Below are positions 54,582-62,725 of a stretch of DNA of 64,000 nucleotides, piece after piece. How positions within the stretch are numbered: position 1 is the first letter of the stretch; every line of letters begins with the position of its first letter. The notes beneath the pieces are model-generated. The model was not told the DNA's origin, did no database searches, and was given only the letters and a program-made list of their open reading frames with translations. The stretch is taken from assembly GCA_022825725.1 (NCBI GenBank), contig JAJDWE010000020.1:6578-70577 (forward strand), read 5' to 3'. The DNA is from Gemmatimonadota bacterium (lineage in GTDB: Bacteria; Gemmatimonadota; Gemmatimonadetes; Palauibacterales; Palauibacteraceae). Both the position numbers and the translations under genes were made by a program.

Positions 54582-55439
54582 TCAGCCGCCCACCTCGAAG
54601 CGGACGAACCGTCGAACCGACAGATCCTCTCCCGCCTTGCGCAGCACGTCCTTCACCGTCAGGTCCGGATCCCGCACGTACGCCTGCCAGAGGAGCGCGT
54701 TCTCCTCATAGAACTTGCGCATGCGGCCCTCCACGATCTTCTCCGTGATCGAGGCCGGCTTGCCCTGCTCCAGCGCCTGTTCGGTCAGCAGCTTGCGCTC
54801 GCGTTCGACCTCCGCCTCCGGAATGTCGTCCGGCGACACGCCCCGGGGATTCGTGGCCGCGGCATGCATCGCGACCCCGCGGGCCGCCTCGGTCGCGGCA
54901 TCGCCGGAGTCCGAAACCTCCAGCAACACGCCGATGCGATTTCCGAAGTGGACGTAGGATGCGAAGGCCCCGTGCGCGCCGAGATCATAGCGCACGGCGC
55001 GTCCGACCTGGACGTTCTCTCCGACCTGGACCCGCAGCTCGTTGAGGCGGCTTTCGATCGCGTCTCCCCCCTCGAGCTGAAGCAGAGCGGCGCCCTGCAC
55101 GGTCTCCCCGTCCGGCACCGGGAGGTCGAGCAGCCGGTCCGCCAGCTCCCGCGAGAAGTCCTCGAACGCCTCGCTGCGCGCGACGAAGTCCGTTTCGCTC
55201 AGCACTTCGACCATCGAAGCGGACCCGTCGCGCATCGCGATGCGGATCGTGCCCTCCGAAACCGCGCGCGCCACGCGCTTCGCCGCCTTCGCCGCGCCCG
55301 CCTTCCTGAGCAGGTCCACGGCCCGCTCCGTATCTCCGTCCGATTCGATGAGCGCGCGCTTGCAGTCCATCATCCCGGCGCCTGTCCGGTCGCGGAGAGC
55401 CTTCACCGCCCCGGCCGTGATCTGCGTCATGGTCTCCAT
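54582..55439 (-). CDS. tsf: Elongation factor Ts
   Basis: N-terminal UBA-like motif [24 protein letters not shown] and duplicated core domains. Start chosen at ATG 55437-55439 (METMTQ), with AAGGAG immediately upstream. ATG 55430 is an alternative. Confidence 0.9.
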   Translation of the reverse strand: METMTQITAGAVKALRDRTGAGMMDCKRALIESDGDTERAVDLLRKAGAAKAAKRVARAVSEGTIRIAMRDGSASMVEVLSETDFVARSEAFEDFSRELADRLLDLPVPDGETVQGAALLQLEGGDAIESRLNELRVQVGENVQVGRAVRYDLGAHGAFASYVHFGNRIGVLLEVSDSGDAATEAARGVAMHAAATNPRGVSPDDIPEAEVERERKLLTEQALEQGKPASITEKIVEGRMRKFYEENALLWQAYVRDPDLTVKDVLRKAGEDLSVRRFVRFEVGG

Positions 55440-55450
55440 ATCTCCTTCCC

Positions 55451-55476
55451 AAAAAAAAGGGCCACCGAAGTGGCCC
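55451..55476 (-). terminator. Rho-independent terminator/attenuator between rpsB and tsf (UUCG tetraloop)
   Basis: Minus-strand RNA reads GGGGCCAC-UUCG-GUGGCCCU followed by UUUUUUUU. It lies 8 nt after the rpsB stop, and the tsf SD follows directly. This matches the known rpsB-tsf attenuator arrangement. Confidence 0.75.
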
Positions 55477-55483
55477 CTTGCGG

Positions 55484-56512
55484 TCACTTCTCTTCTGACT
55501 CCACCTCTCCGACAACTGCCGCTTCGGCACCCTCCGATCCGGCGTCCGCCGCGGGCTCCGGGTTGTCGGCCACCGCAGGCTCCGACTTTTCGGCCGCCGC
55601 GGGCTCCGGCTTGTCGGCCGCTTCGGCCTTCGCATCGCTCTCGGCCGGCTCGGCTCCCTCGTCGGCGCTCTCTATCACGGCCGGATGGTGCAGCCGCTGC
55701 GCGATGACCTCCGGGCGCGGCTTTCGCCTCGGCCTCCGGCGGCGCGAACTGCCGGCGGCGTCGGCGACCCCGCCGGCGTCGCTCGAATACGTGTACGCCT
55801 GCGACTCGGCCTCTTCCCGTCCCGCCTCCGGAATCTCGCGGCGCGCCGCTTCCACGACATCCGCGACCGAGCGCGTGATCAGGGAGACGGAGCGAATCGC
55901 GTCATCGTTGCCCGCGATGGCGATCGTGAGGAGATCGGGATCCGCATTCGTGTCCGCGATCGCGACGACCGGGATACCGAGGCGGTTCGCCTCGCGCACC
56001 GCGATGTCCTCGCGGGTCGAATCCACCACGAACACGAGCCCCGGCAGCCGTGACATCTCCTTGATACCCGACAGATAACGGTCGAGCTTCTGGCGCTCCC
56101 GCTCGAGGAGCAGCCGTTCCTTCTTCGTATAGAATTCGAACGCCCCCTCCTCGACGCCGCGCTCGAGTTCCTTCAGGCGTGCGATGTTCTTCTTGATCGT
56201 CTGGAAGTTGGTGAGCATCCCGCCGAGCCAGCGTTCCGTGACGTAGAAGGAACCGCACCGCTCGGCCTCTCCCCGCACGACGCGGGCGAGCTGGGGCTTC
56301 GTGCAGACGAAGAGCACGGACTTGCCCCCGACGATCGTCTCGCGCACGAGTTCGTGAGCCCGTTCGAGCTCCCGCTGCGTCTTCTTGAGATCGATGAGGT
56401 AGATCCCGCCGCACTCGGCGAAGATGTATTTCCGCATCTTCGGATTCCAGCGATGTGTCTGGTGTCCGAAGTGTACGCCCGCCTTCAGGAGGTCCTGCAA
56501 CTCGACGCCCAT
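55484..56512 (-). CDS. rpsB: 30S ribosomal protein S2, with a roughly 90-aa acidic Ala/Glu/Pro-rich C-terminal extension
   Basis: N-terminus MGVELQDLLKAGVHFGHQTHRWNPKM and the S2 core to about residue 250. A low-complexity tail (..AEPAESDAKAEAADKPEPAAAEKSEPAVADNPEPAADAGSEGAEAAVVGEVESEEK) follows. Confidence 0.95.
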   Translation of the reverse strand: MGVELQDLLKAGVHFGHQTHRWNPKMRKYIFAECGGIYLIDLKKTQRELERAHELVRETIVGGKSVLFVCTKPQLARVVRGEAERCGSFYVTERWLGGMLTNFQTIKKNIARLKELERGVEEGAFEFYTKKERLLLERERQKLDRYLSGIKEMSRLPGLVFVVDSTREDIAVREANRLGIPVVAIADTNADPDLLTIAIAGNDDAIRSVSLITRSVADVVEAARREIPEAGREEAESQAYTYSSDAGGVADAAGSSRRRRPRRKPRPEVIAQRLHHPAVIESADEGAEPAESDAKAEAADKPEPAAAEKSEPAVADNPEPAADAGSEGAEAAVVGEVESEEK

Positions 56513-56535
56513 GCGCTCGGCTTTCCGCCTTCCCG

Positions 56536-56931
56536 CTATCGTTTGGAGAACTGGAAGCGCTTGCGCGCCTTGGGACGACCCGGCTTCTTCCGCTCGACGA
56601 TGCGGGGATCCCGGGTCAGCATGCCGTGGGACCGCAACGTGCTCCGGCGGTCCTCATCCATCGCGAGGAGGGCGCGCGCGATGCCCAGGCGCGTGGCCTC
56701 CGCCTGGCCGGTGATGCCTCCCCCGCGGACCCGGACGGCGATGTCGTACGACGCTCGCGCCCCGGTGACGTCGAGGGGCGCCGCGACGACCGAACGGTGT
56801 CGCGGGATCGTGAAATACTCCTCGAACGGCCGGCCATTCACGTTCACGACGCCCACGCCACGCTTCATCGTGATGCGGGACACCGACTTCTTCCGGCGTC
56901 CGACCGACTGGACCTGTTCCGTTTCCGCCAA
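56536..56931 (-). CDS. rpsI: 30S ribosomal protein S9
   Basis: 131 aa. The conserved C-terminus GGGITGQAEA..RDPR..ERKKPGRPKARKRFQFSKR. Confidence 0.95.
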   Translation of the reverse strand: MAETEQVQSVGRRKKSVSRITMKRGVGVVNVNGRPFEEYFTIPRHRSVVAAPLDVTGARASYDIAVRVRGGGITGQAEATRLGIARALLAMDEDRRSTLRSHGMLTRDPRIVERKKPGRPKARKRFQFSKR

Positions 56932-56985
56932 CTCTCGTCTCCCTGGCAGTCCCTGTGCGCTCCGTCGTCCCCGGGCGCGCTGCCG

Positions 56986-57423
56986 CTATTCCGCGATCGC
57001 GTCGAAGGGGCGGGGGCGCTGAGGCGCGTGAGGATGCTCCGGCCCCGCGTACACTCTCAATTTTCCGAGCATCTGCCGCCCGAGCGTGTTCTTCGGCAGC
57101 ATGCCCTTCACGGCCAGCTTGATCACCCGGTCGGGGTGTCGATCGAGCATGCGCCGGAAGGGGATGAAGCGCTCTCCGCCCATGTAGCCGGAATGCCGGA
57201 AGTATTCCTTCTGATCCGCCTTGTTCCCGGTCAGCCGGACACGCTCCGCGTTCACCACGACGACGTAGTCGCCGGTGTCGAGGTGCGTGCTGTAGATCGG
57301 CTTGTGCTTTCCGCGAAGGACGGTCGCGATCCTCGTCGCGAGCCGGCCGAGAACCTGATCCGCGGCGTCGACCACGTACCAGTCCCGTTCAATCTCCCCC
57401 GCCTTCACCGAGTACGTCTTCAT
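56986..57423 (-). CDS. rplM: 50S ribosomal protein L13
   Basis: 145 aa from ATG 57423 ([26 protein letters not shown]..). SD GAGGTG lies 10 nt upstream. Confidence 0.93.
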   Translation of the reverse strand: MKTYSVKAGEIERDWYVVDAADQVLGRLATRIATVLRGKHKPIYSTHLDTGDYVVVVNAERVRLTGNKADQKEYFRHSGYMGGERFIPFRRMLDRHPDRVIKLAVKGMLPKNTLGRQMLGKLRVYAGPEHPHAPQRPRPFDAIAE

Positions 57424-57439
57424 TCGCTCTGCCCACCTC

Positions 57440-57463
57440 AAAAAAACCGCCCGGCGGGACGGA
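57440..57463 (-). terminator. Weak candidate terminator between the sigma-factor gene and rplM (short GC hairpin + U7)
   Basis: Minus-strand RNA reads CCGUCCCGCCGGGCGG followed by UUUUUUU. The stem is only 3-5 bp, so the call is tentative. A TATCAT -10-like box lies about 20 nt upstream. Confidence 0.3.
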
Positions 57464-57517
57464 TGCCGAGCGCGTGAAAATGATAGCCCGTGAAGCTATT
57501 CAGCGCTTCGCATGAAG

Positions 57518-58294
57518 TCAATCGCGGGTGGAGGTGGAGGCGCATCTTCGGACGGGACGAGAGGGCGACGCGTCCCTGCGCGGGACGTTTCCGGCCCGGG
57601 GCGCGCCGTCGCCGACATGGCGAACGAGCCCGGACCGCTCGGCGCCCGCGCGCAGCCGCGAAAGGCCGCGCTCCTTGAGTTGGCGCGTCCGCTCGCGGGA
57701 CACGTCGAGGGCCGCCGAGATCTCGGCCGGCGTCTGCGGCCGCTCGAAGCCCAGACCGAAGTATCGGCGCACGACCTCCGATTCGAGCGGCGGGAGGTCG
57801 GCCAGACTCGCCTCGATGGCGTCCTGCAGCCGCTCCCGAACCAGTCCGGCTCCGGGCTCGGGCGCCTGTTCGTCCGCCAGCAGTTCCTCGAAGGTACAGG
57901 TGCCCCCGGGGGCCATCTCGTCGAGGGAAAAGCGGTGCGGGCCGGGTTCGCCACGCGGCCGATGATCGCCGTAGTCGGCGATGGCCTGCGTCATGGCCCG
58001 CCGCACCCAGTAATGCGCGTAGCTGATGAAACGGACGCCGCGCTCCGGATCGAACCGGTCGGCGGCACGCACGAGTCCCAGATTCCCCTCGTTCACGAGG
58101 TCGGCCAGCGGAACCCCGCGGCCTCGGTAGCCGCGCGCGACCGACACGACGAAGCGGAGATTCGCGCTGACGAGCCGTACCCGCGCCGCCTGGTCGCCGG
58201 CCCGACTTCGCCGCGCCAGTTCCACTTCGGCTTCCGCGTCGAGCAGGGTCTCGCGACCGATGTCCGTCAGGTAGCGTTCGAATATGCGGACCAT
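57518..58294 (-). CDS. Sigma-70 family RNA polymerase sigma factor (compact group-3-like, regions 1.2/2/3/4) with Arg-rich C-terminal tail
   Basis: 258 aa. Region 2 (LVSANLRFVVSVARGYRGRGVPLADLVNEGNLGLVRAADRFD..FISYAHYWVRRAMTQAI). Region 4.2 HTH (EISAALDVSRERTRQLKERGLSRLR). About 45 extra basic residues follow region 4. Confidence 0.8.
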   Translation of the reverse strand: MVRIFERYLTDIGRETLLDAEAEVELARRSRAGDQAARVRLVSANLRFVVSVARGYRGRGVPLADLVNEGNLGLVRAADRFDPERGVRFISYAHYWVRRAMTQAIADYGDHRPRGEPGPHRFSLDEMAPGGTCTFEELLADEQAPEPGAGLVRERLQDAIEASLADLPPLESEVVRRYFGLGFERPQTPAEISAALDVSRERTRQLKERGLSRLRAGAERSGLVRHVGDGAPRAGNVPRRDASPSRPVRRCASTSTRD

Positions 58295-58306
58295 TCCGGG
58301 TCGAGC

Positions 58307-59110
58307 TCAGTCGACGCCGCGCAGAATCCGGCCCCAGCGGATCTCGGTGAGCCAGGACCAGGGGCCCCTCGGCTCGCGAGCGTACGAATAGTACACCAGG
58401 AAGGGTCTCCCCCGGATCGCATCCCTGGGCACAAAGCCCCAGTAGCGGGAGTCCTCGGAGTTCGACCGGTTGTCGCCCATGACGAAGTAGCTGTCTCCGG
58501 GCACCACGAGAGGACCCCAGTTGTTTCGCGTCGTCACCGCCCCGGAGCGGCGCGCGCCATCGGTCAGGAACCGGCGCTGCCACGCGAACTTCGGGCTCGG
58601 GGCGTCGGGGAAGTTCGACGTGGCCTTAACGTAGGGCTCCTCGAACGGAACCCCGTTCACGAAGAGCCGCGCCCGCCGCATGCGCAAGGTATCTCCCGGC
58701 ATCCCGACGATCCGCTTCACGTAGTTCGTGCGCGGGGGCTGTTCGGCGGACTCGGGCGGCGCGAACACGATGACGTCGCCGCGCGAGGGCTCGCCGAAGG
58801 CGGGAAGCTCCAGGTCGGTGCCGGGGATTTCGGCTCCGTACACCATCTTGTTGACGAGGAGGAAGTCGCCGATCAGAAGCGTGTTCTCCATCGAGGCGGT
58901 CGGGATCTGGAAGGCCTCCACGACGAAGGTCCGGATGAAGAGAAACAGGACGAGGGCGACGAAGATGGACTTCGTCCATTCCCACATCCACCGGCCGACG
59001 GACGCGTCGCGACCCCGTCTCGCCCGGATCGTGGGAGCCCGGAACCTGCGGACCCGCCGAGGCTCCACGGCGCCCTCTTCCATTCCTTCAGTCGGTCGTT
59101 CCTCCATCCC
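58307..59110 (-). CDS. lepB: Signal peptidase I LepB
   Basis: S26 boxes B (IPTASMENTLLIGDFL), D (GDNRSNSEDSRYWGFVP) and E. One N-terminal TM. Start is ambiguous (ATG at 59191, 59110 or 59086). 59110 was chosen for its purine-rich upstream context. Confidence 0.85.
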   Translation of the reverse strand, partial: GMEERPTEGMEEGAVEPRRVRRFRAPTIRARRGRDASVGRWMWEWTKSIFVALVLFLFIRTFVVEAFQIPTASMENTLLIGDFLLVNKMVYGAEIPGTDLELPAFGEPSRGDVIVFAPPESAEQPPRTNYVKRIVGMPGDTLRMRRARLFVNGVPFEEPYVKATSNFPDAPSPKFAWQRRFLTDGARRSGAVTTRNNWGPLVVPGDSYFVMGDNRSNSEDSRYWGFVPRDAIRGRPFLVYYSYAREPRGPWSWLTEIRWGRILRGVD

Positions 59111-59236
59111 ACCCTTCCCTGTTCCACAAGCCGGTGATTGGCGGTCCCGTGCGCGGTCCGGTTTCGCGTCCCGAATCCGGGCCGGCCGCACTCTGTGATG
59201 TACGGGGGAACCTCAACGCGGTCTCACCTCCCGGGC

Positions 59237-60727
59237 TCACCAATCGACATCGATCTGCGCGCGCTGCAGTGTGCCGCTGTAATCGACGTACGCCACCTTC
59301 GTTTCCGTGTAGAACTCGTAGACTTCCCACCCCCCTTCACGGTGCCCGTTGCCCGTGTTCTTGACGCCGCCGAAGGGGAGGTGCGCCTCCGCGCCGATGG
59401 TGGGCGCGTTCACATAGGTGATGCCGTTGTCGAGTTCCTCCACGGCGCGGAAGGAGGCGGTCACATCCCGCGTGTAGATCGACGACGAGAGCCCGTATGG
59501 AACTTCGTTGTTGATATCGAAGGCTTCGTCGATCGTGTCGAAGCGGATCACGGAGAGCACCGGCCCGAAGATCTCCTCGCACGCGGCCCGGTGTTCCCGT
59601 TCGACGCCCGCGAGAACCGTCGGCTCGAAGAACCAGCCGTCGGCAAGGCCGCTCTCCGCCGGCCGCCCGCCACCCGTCGCGACCGTCGCCCCCTCGTCGC
59701 GGGCGATCGCGATGTAGCGTTCGCACTTCTCGCGAGCCGCCTCGTGGATGAGCGGACCCACGTCGACGCCGGCCTCCTGCCCGTCGCCGAGGCGGAGGGA
59801 GCGCGCTTCGTAGCACAGTCTCTCCACGAACTCGTCGTGGACCTCGCTCTGCACGAGGAGCCGGCTCGTCGCGGTGCAGCGCTGCCCCGTCGTGCCGAAG
59901 GCGCCCCACAGCACGCCCTCGAGGGCGAGGTCGAGGTCCGCATCCGACATGACGATCTGTGCGTTCTTGCCGCCCATCTCGAGGGAGAGACGCTTATGCA
60001 TGCGCCCCGCGACCTCGCCGATCCGGCTGCCCGTCTCGGTGGATCCGGTGAAGGAGAGCCCGGGGATGCCGGGGTGTTCGACGATGGCCCGCCCGATCGT
60101 CTCGCCGCGGCCGTGCAGCAACTGCACGCACTCGGGCGGCAGGCCGGCCTCGAGCAGGATTTCCACGAACCGGTGCGCGCTGTGGGGCACATCCTCCGAG
60201 GGCTTGTAGATGATACTGTTCCCGCAGAGCAGCGCGGGGAAGATCTTCCAACTCGGGACCGCGACCGGGAAGTTGAAGGGGGTGATGATCCCGAACACGC
60301 CGATGGGACGCCGGAACGACATCGCCCACTTGCTCCGCAGCTCGGAAGGCGCCGTGCGTCCGAAGAGGCGCCGGCCTTCCACCGCCGCGTAGTAGGCCGT
60401 GTCGATGGCCTCCTGGACGTCGCCGCGCGTTTCGTCGAGCACCTTCCCCATCTCGCGCGTGGCCGTGCGCGCGAGGTCCTCCTTGTGCCGCGTGAGGAGG
60501 TCCCCCGCCGTTTTCAACACCAGACCCCGCTCCGGGGCCGGCGTCCGGGACCACCGCTCGAAGCCGCGCTGCGCGGAGGCCACGGCCGCGTCCAGTTCCG
60601 CTGCGCCGGTGTCCGGAAAGAGGCCGATGAGGTCCGACGTGCGCGCCGGGTTCCGGTTCTCGATGTACTCGCCGGTGGCGGGCGCGACCCACTCGCCCGC
60701 GACGTAGTTGAGGAACTTCTCAGCCAT
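59237..60727 (-). CDS. NAD(P)-dependent aldehyde dehydrogenase
   Basis: 496 aa. ALDH Glu active-site motif LEMGGKNA, Cys motif GQRCTATSRL, and the NAD-binding FTGSTETG. Confidence 0.9.
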   Translation of the reverse strand: MAEKFLNYVAGEWVAPATGEYIENRNPARTSDLIGLFPDTGAAELDAAVASAQRGFERWSRTPAPERGLVLKTAGDLLTRHKEDLARTATREMGKVLDETRGDVQEAIDTAYYAAVEGRRLFGRTAPSELRSKWAMSFRRPIGVFGIITPFNFPVAVPSWKIFPALLCGNSIIYKPSEDVPHSAHRFVEILLEAGLPPECVQLLHGRGETIGRAIVEHPGIPGLSFTGSTETGSRIGEVAGRMHKRLSLEMGGKNAQIVMSDADLDLALEGVLWGAFGTTGQRCTATSRLLVQSEVHDEFVERLCYEARSLRLGDGQEAGVDVGPLIHEAAREKCERYIAIARDEGATVATGGGRPAESGLADGWFFEPTVLAGVEREHRAACEEIFGPVLSVIRFDTIDEAFDINNEVPYGLSSSIYTRDVTASFRAVEELDNGITYVNAPTIGAEAHLPFGGVKNTGNGHREGGWEVYEFYTETKVAYVDYSGTLQRAQIDVDW

Positions 60728-60746
60728 TGCCGGAGGAACTCCGCTG

Positions 60747-61394
60747 TTAGCGATTCATCAGGAGGATGATCTCCTCGTTCTCCACCCGGACGTCGACGAC
60801 GGTCGCGGGGATGTCGAAGAGCACGGTTCGTCCGTCCGCACGCAACCCCAACTGCTGCGCGGCCATGCCGAGCATCATCGGGGGCACCGGGAGGACGCCC
60901 GCCTGGAGACTCACGACGTGAAGCCCCCCCTCGCCGCTCTCCCCCACCCGCGGGAGGACCTCTCCGGCGACCCGGGCGGAATCCCCTAGCATCGTCGCCA
61001 GGCTCTCCGCCATGTCCGCGGCGATCGGCAGTTGCGTGAAGTCGAGCACGACGGAAAAGGCGACGGTCGAGTCGCGCAGTTCGACGGCGGGCTCGCCGAC
61101 GCCCGCCGGCAGCCGGGGGGTCAACTCGTAGCGAACGTAGCTCTGGAGTTCCGTCTCGGTGAATCGCGTCTCGGCCGCCCCGCCGCCGGCCGCCAGGTCC
61201 TGCAGCGCCGCGTCCACGTCCGCCGCCGCCTCGGGGCCGAATTCGGGCGCGGACTCGACGACGACGATCTCATCCGCGCCGACGTTCGAGAGCCACGCCT
61301 CGATGTCCTCCCGGAAGATCCAGCCGGCGAGCAGCAGAATCAGGAGGAAGATGAGAAAACCCAGGCCTGTGAAGAGCTTCCGGAAGAACCCCAT
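60747..61394 (-). CDS. Hypothetical membrane-anchored protein (215 aa)
   Basis: N-terminal TM (FRKLFTGLGFLIFLLILLLAGWIF) followed by an acidic soluble domain. No recognisable family. The ORF is co-oriented and tightly spaced within the operon. Confidence 0.5.
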   Translation of the reverse strand: MGFFRKLFTGLGFLIFLLILLLAGWIFREDIEAWLSNVGADEIVVVESAPEFGPEAAADVDAALQDLAAGGGAAETRFTETELQSYVRYELTPRLPAGVGEPAVELRDSTVAFSVVLDFTQLPIAADMAESLATMLGDSARVAGEVLPRVGESGEGGLHVVSLQAGVLPVPPMMLGMAAQQLGLRADGRTVLFDIPATVVDVRVENEEIILLMNR

Positions 61395-61433
61395 GTCAAC
61401 CGCCTCCGACCGGAATCGGGTAAAGAGGAAAAG

Positions 61434-62048
61434 CTAGCGTCGTGCGCGCCGGGCGTCATCGGTGCCGCCCGCCAGTTGGCAGGCGGCGACTTCGGTGTGC
61501 CGTGCTCCGCTGGAGAGAAGTTCGCTCCGCATCAGTGACACGCGTCGGACGTCGACCGTGGCCTCGAAGCGGACGCCCGCGATGGCCCCCGCCAAACCTA
61601 CGGGCGGCCGGGGGCGGCGGATTCGTCCCACCGTCACGTGCGGGCGGAAGGGACGCGGGTCGGGGGCGATGCCGACGCCGACCACGGCTTCCTCCACGGA
61701 TCGCCGCAGCGCGGAGAGCTGCGGCGCCTCCTCGACGCCGACCCACAGTACGCGCGCTCGGCGGTGGGAGGGGAAGACGCCGGCGGCGCGCAGCCGGATC
61801 GGGAAGCGCGGCAGCCCTTCGGTCGCGGCGAAGATCGCCCGTGCGAGCGGCGGCTCGAGGCCGCAGTCGACCTCTCCGATGAAGCGCAGCGTGAGGTGCA
61901 GTTGCTCCCGGCGCACCGGTCGCACCCCCTCCAGCGCCCGCAGCGCCGCGGTCGCGCGCGTCAGCTCCGCTCGGATCGCGGAGGGGAGGAGGATGGCCAC
62001 GAAGAGCCTCGACCGGGCGTCGGGGGCGACATATCCTGCGGCTGCCAT
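61434..62048 (-). CDS. thpR: RNA 2',3'-cyclic phosphodiesterase ThpR (LigT, 2H phosphoesterase)
   Basis: Two H-x-T-x motifs (HLTLRF and HVTVGR). N-terminal RLFVAILLP, typical of LigT. Start is either ATG 62046-62048 or a downstream GTG. The ATG would overlap the divergent pabA start. Confidence 0.8.
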   Translation of the reverse strand: MAAAGYVAPDARSRLFVAILLPSAIRAELTRATAALRALEGVRPVRREQLHLTLRFIGEVDCGLEPPLARAIFAATEGLPRFPIRLRAAGVFPSHRRARVLWVGVEEAPQLSALRRSVEEAVVGVGIAPDPRPFRPHVTVGRIRRPRPPVGLAGAIAGVRFEATVDVRRVSLMRSELLSSGARHTEVAACQLAGGTDDARRARR

Positions 62049-62685
62049 GATCCTCCTCATCGACAACTACGATTCGTTCGCCTTCAACCTCGCGCGGTAC
62101 CTCGAGGAACTTGGGGAGACCGTGCGGGTGCGGCGCAACGATGACGTCGATCCGGGGATCCTCGGGGACGAGGGCTTCTCGCACATCGTCATCTCGCCCG
62201 GTCCCTGCACGCCCGCCGAAGCCGGCGCTTCCGTCGACGTGATCCGGGTGGTGGGCGCGGAGATCCCGATTCTCGGCGTCTGTCTCGGACACCAGTGTAT
62301 CGCCGCGGCGGCCGGCGGACGCGTCGCCCGGGCCGCGCGTCCGATGCACGGCCGCCTGTCGGCGATCCGGCACGAAGGGCGCGGGCTGTTTGCGGGCCTC
62401 CCCTCGCCGCTCGAGGTCACCCGCTACCATTCGCTGATCGTGGATCCCGGCGAACCCGGGGACGGCCTCCGGGTCACGGCCCGCACGGAGGAGGGCGAAG
62501 TCATGGCCCTCGAACACGAGTCGCGGCCGCTGTGGGGCGTGCAGTTCCATCCGGAAGCCGTGCTCACGGCGGGGGGACGCCGCCTGCTCGGGAACTTCCT
62601 CGCACTCGGAAGGGGGGAGGTTCCCGCTTCCGAGCCCGTGGAAGCCGGCCTCTGCGCGGAGCTCCCGGCCGACGCCCTCCGCTAA
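62047..62685 (+). CDS. pabA: Glutamine amidotransferase, anthranilate/aminodeoxychorismate synthase component II (TrpG/PabA)
   Basis: 212 aa. N-terminus MILLIDNYDSFAFNL and the class-I GATase triad (GVCLGHQ, ...HPE). No trpE or pabB is adjacent. Confidence 0.88.
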   Translation: MILLIDNYDSFAFNLARYLEELGETVRVRRNDDVDPGILGDEGFSHIVISPGPCTPAEAGASVDVIRVVGAEIPILGVCLGHQCIAAAAGGRVARAARPMHGRLSAIRHEGRGLFAGLPSPLEVTRYHSLIVDPGEPGDGLRVTARTEEGEVMALEHESRPLWGVQFHPEAVLTAGGRRLLGNFLALGRGEVPASEPVEAGLCAELPADALR

Positions 62686-62725
62686 CGCCGCACAACGCCA
62701 ACGCCGCGCTACACCGGCGGGATCC

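Noticed and set aside
58626-58991. 121-aa minus-strand ORF and other ORFs nested in lepB and the sigma-factor region (57496-57954, 57528-57965, 58728-59198)
   Set aside because: These are out-of-frame overlaps with the conserved lepB and sigma-70 coding sequences and have Arg-rich junk translations.
62686-62725. Convergent-gene terminator between pabA and comM
   Set aside because: Only weak 4-bp complementarity (CCGC/GCGG) in the 40-nt spacer and no U tract, so it is not called.
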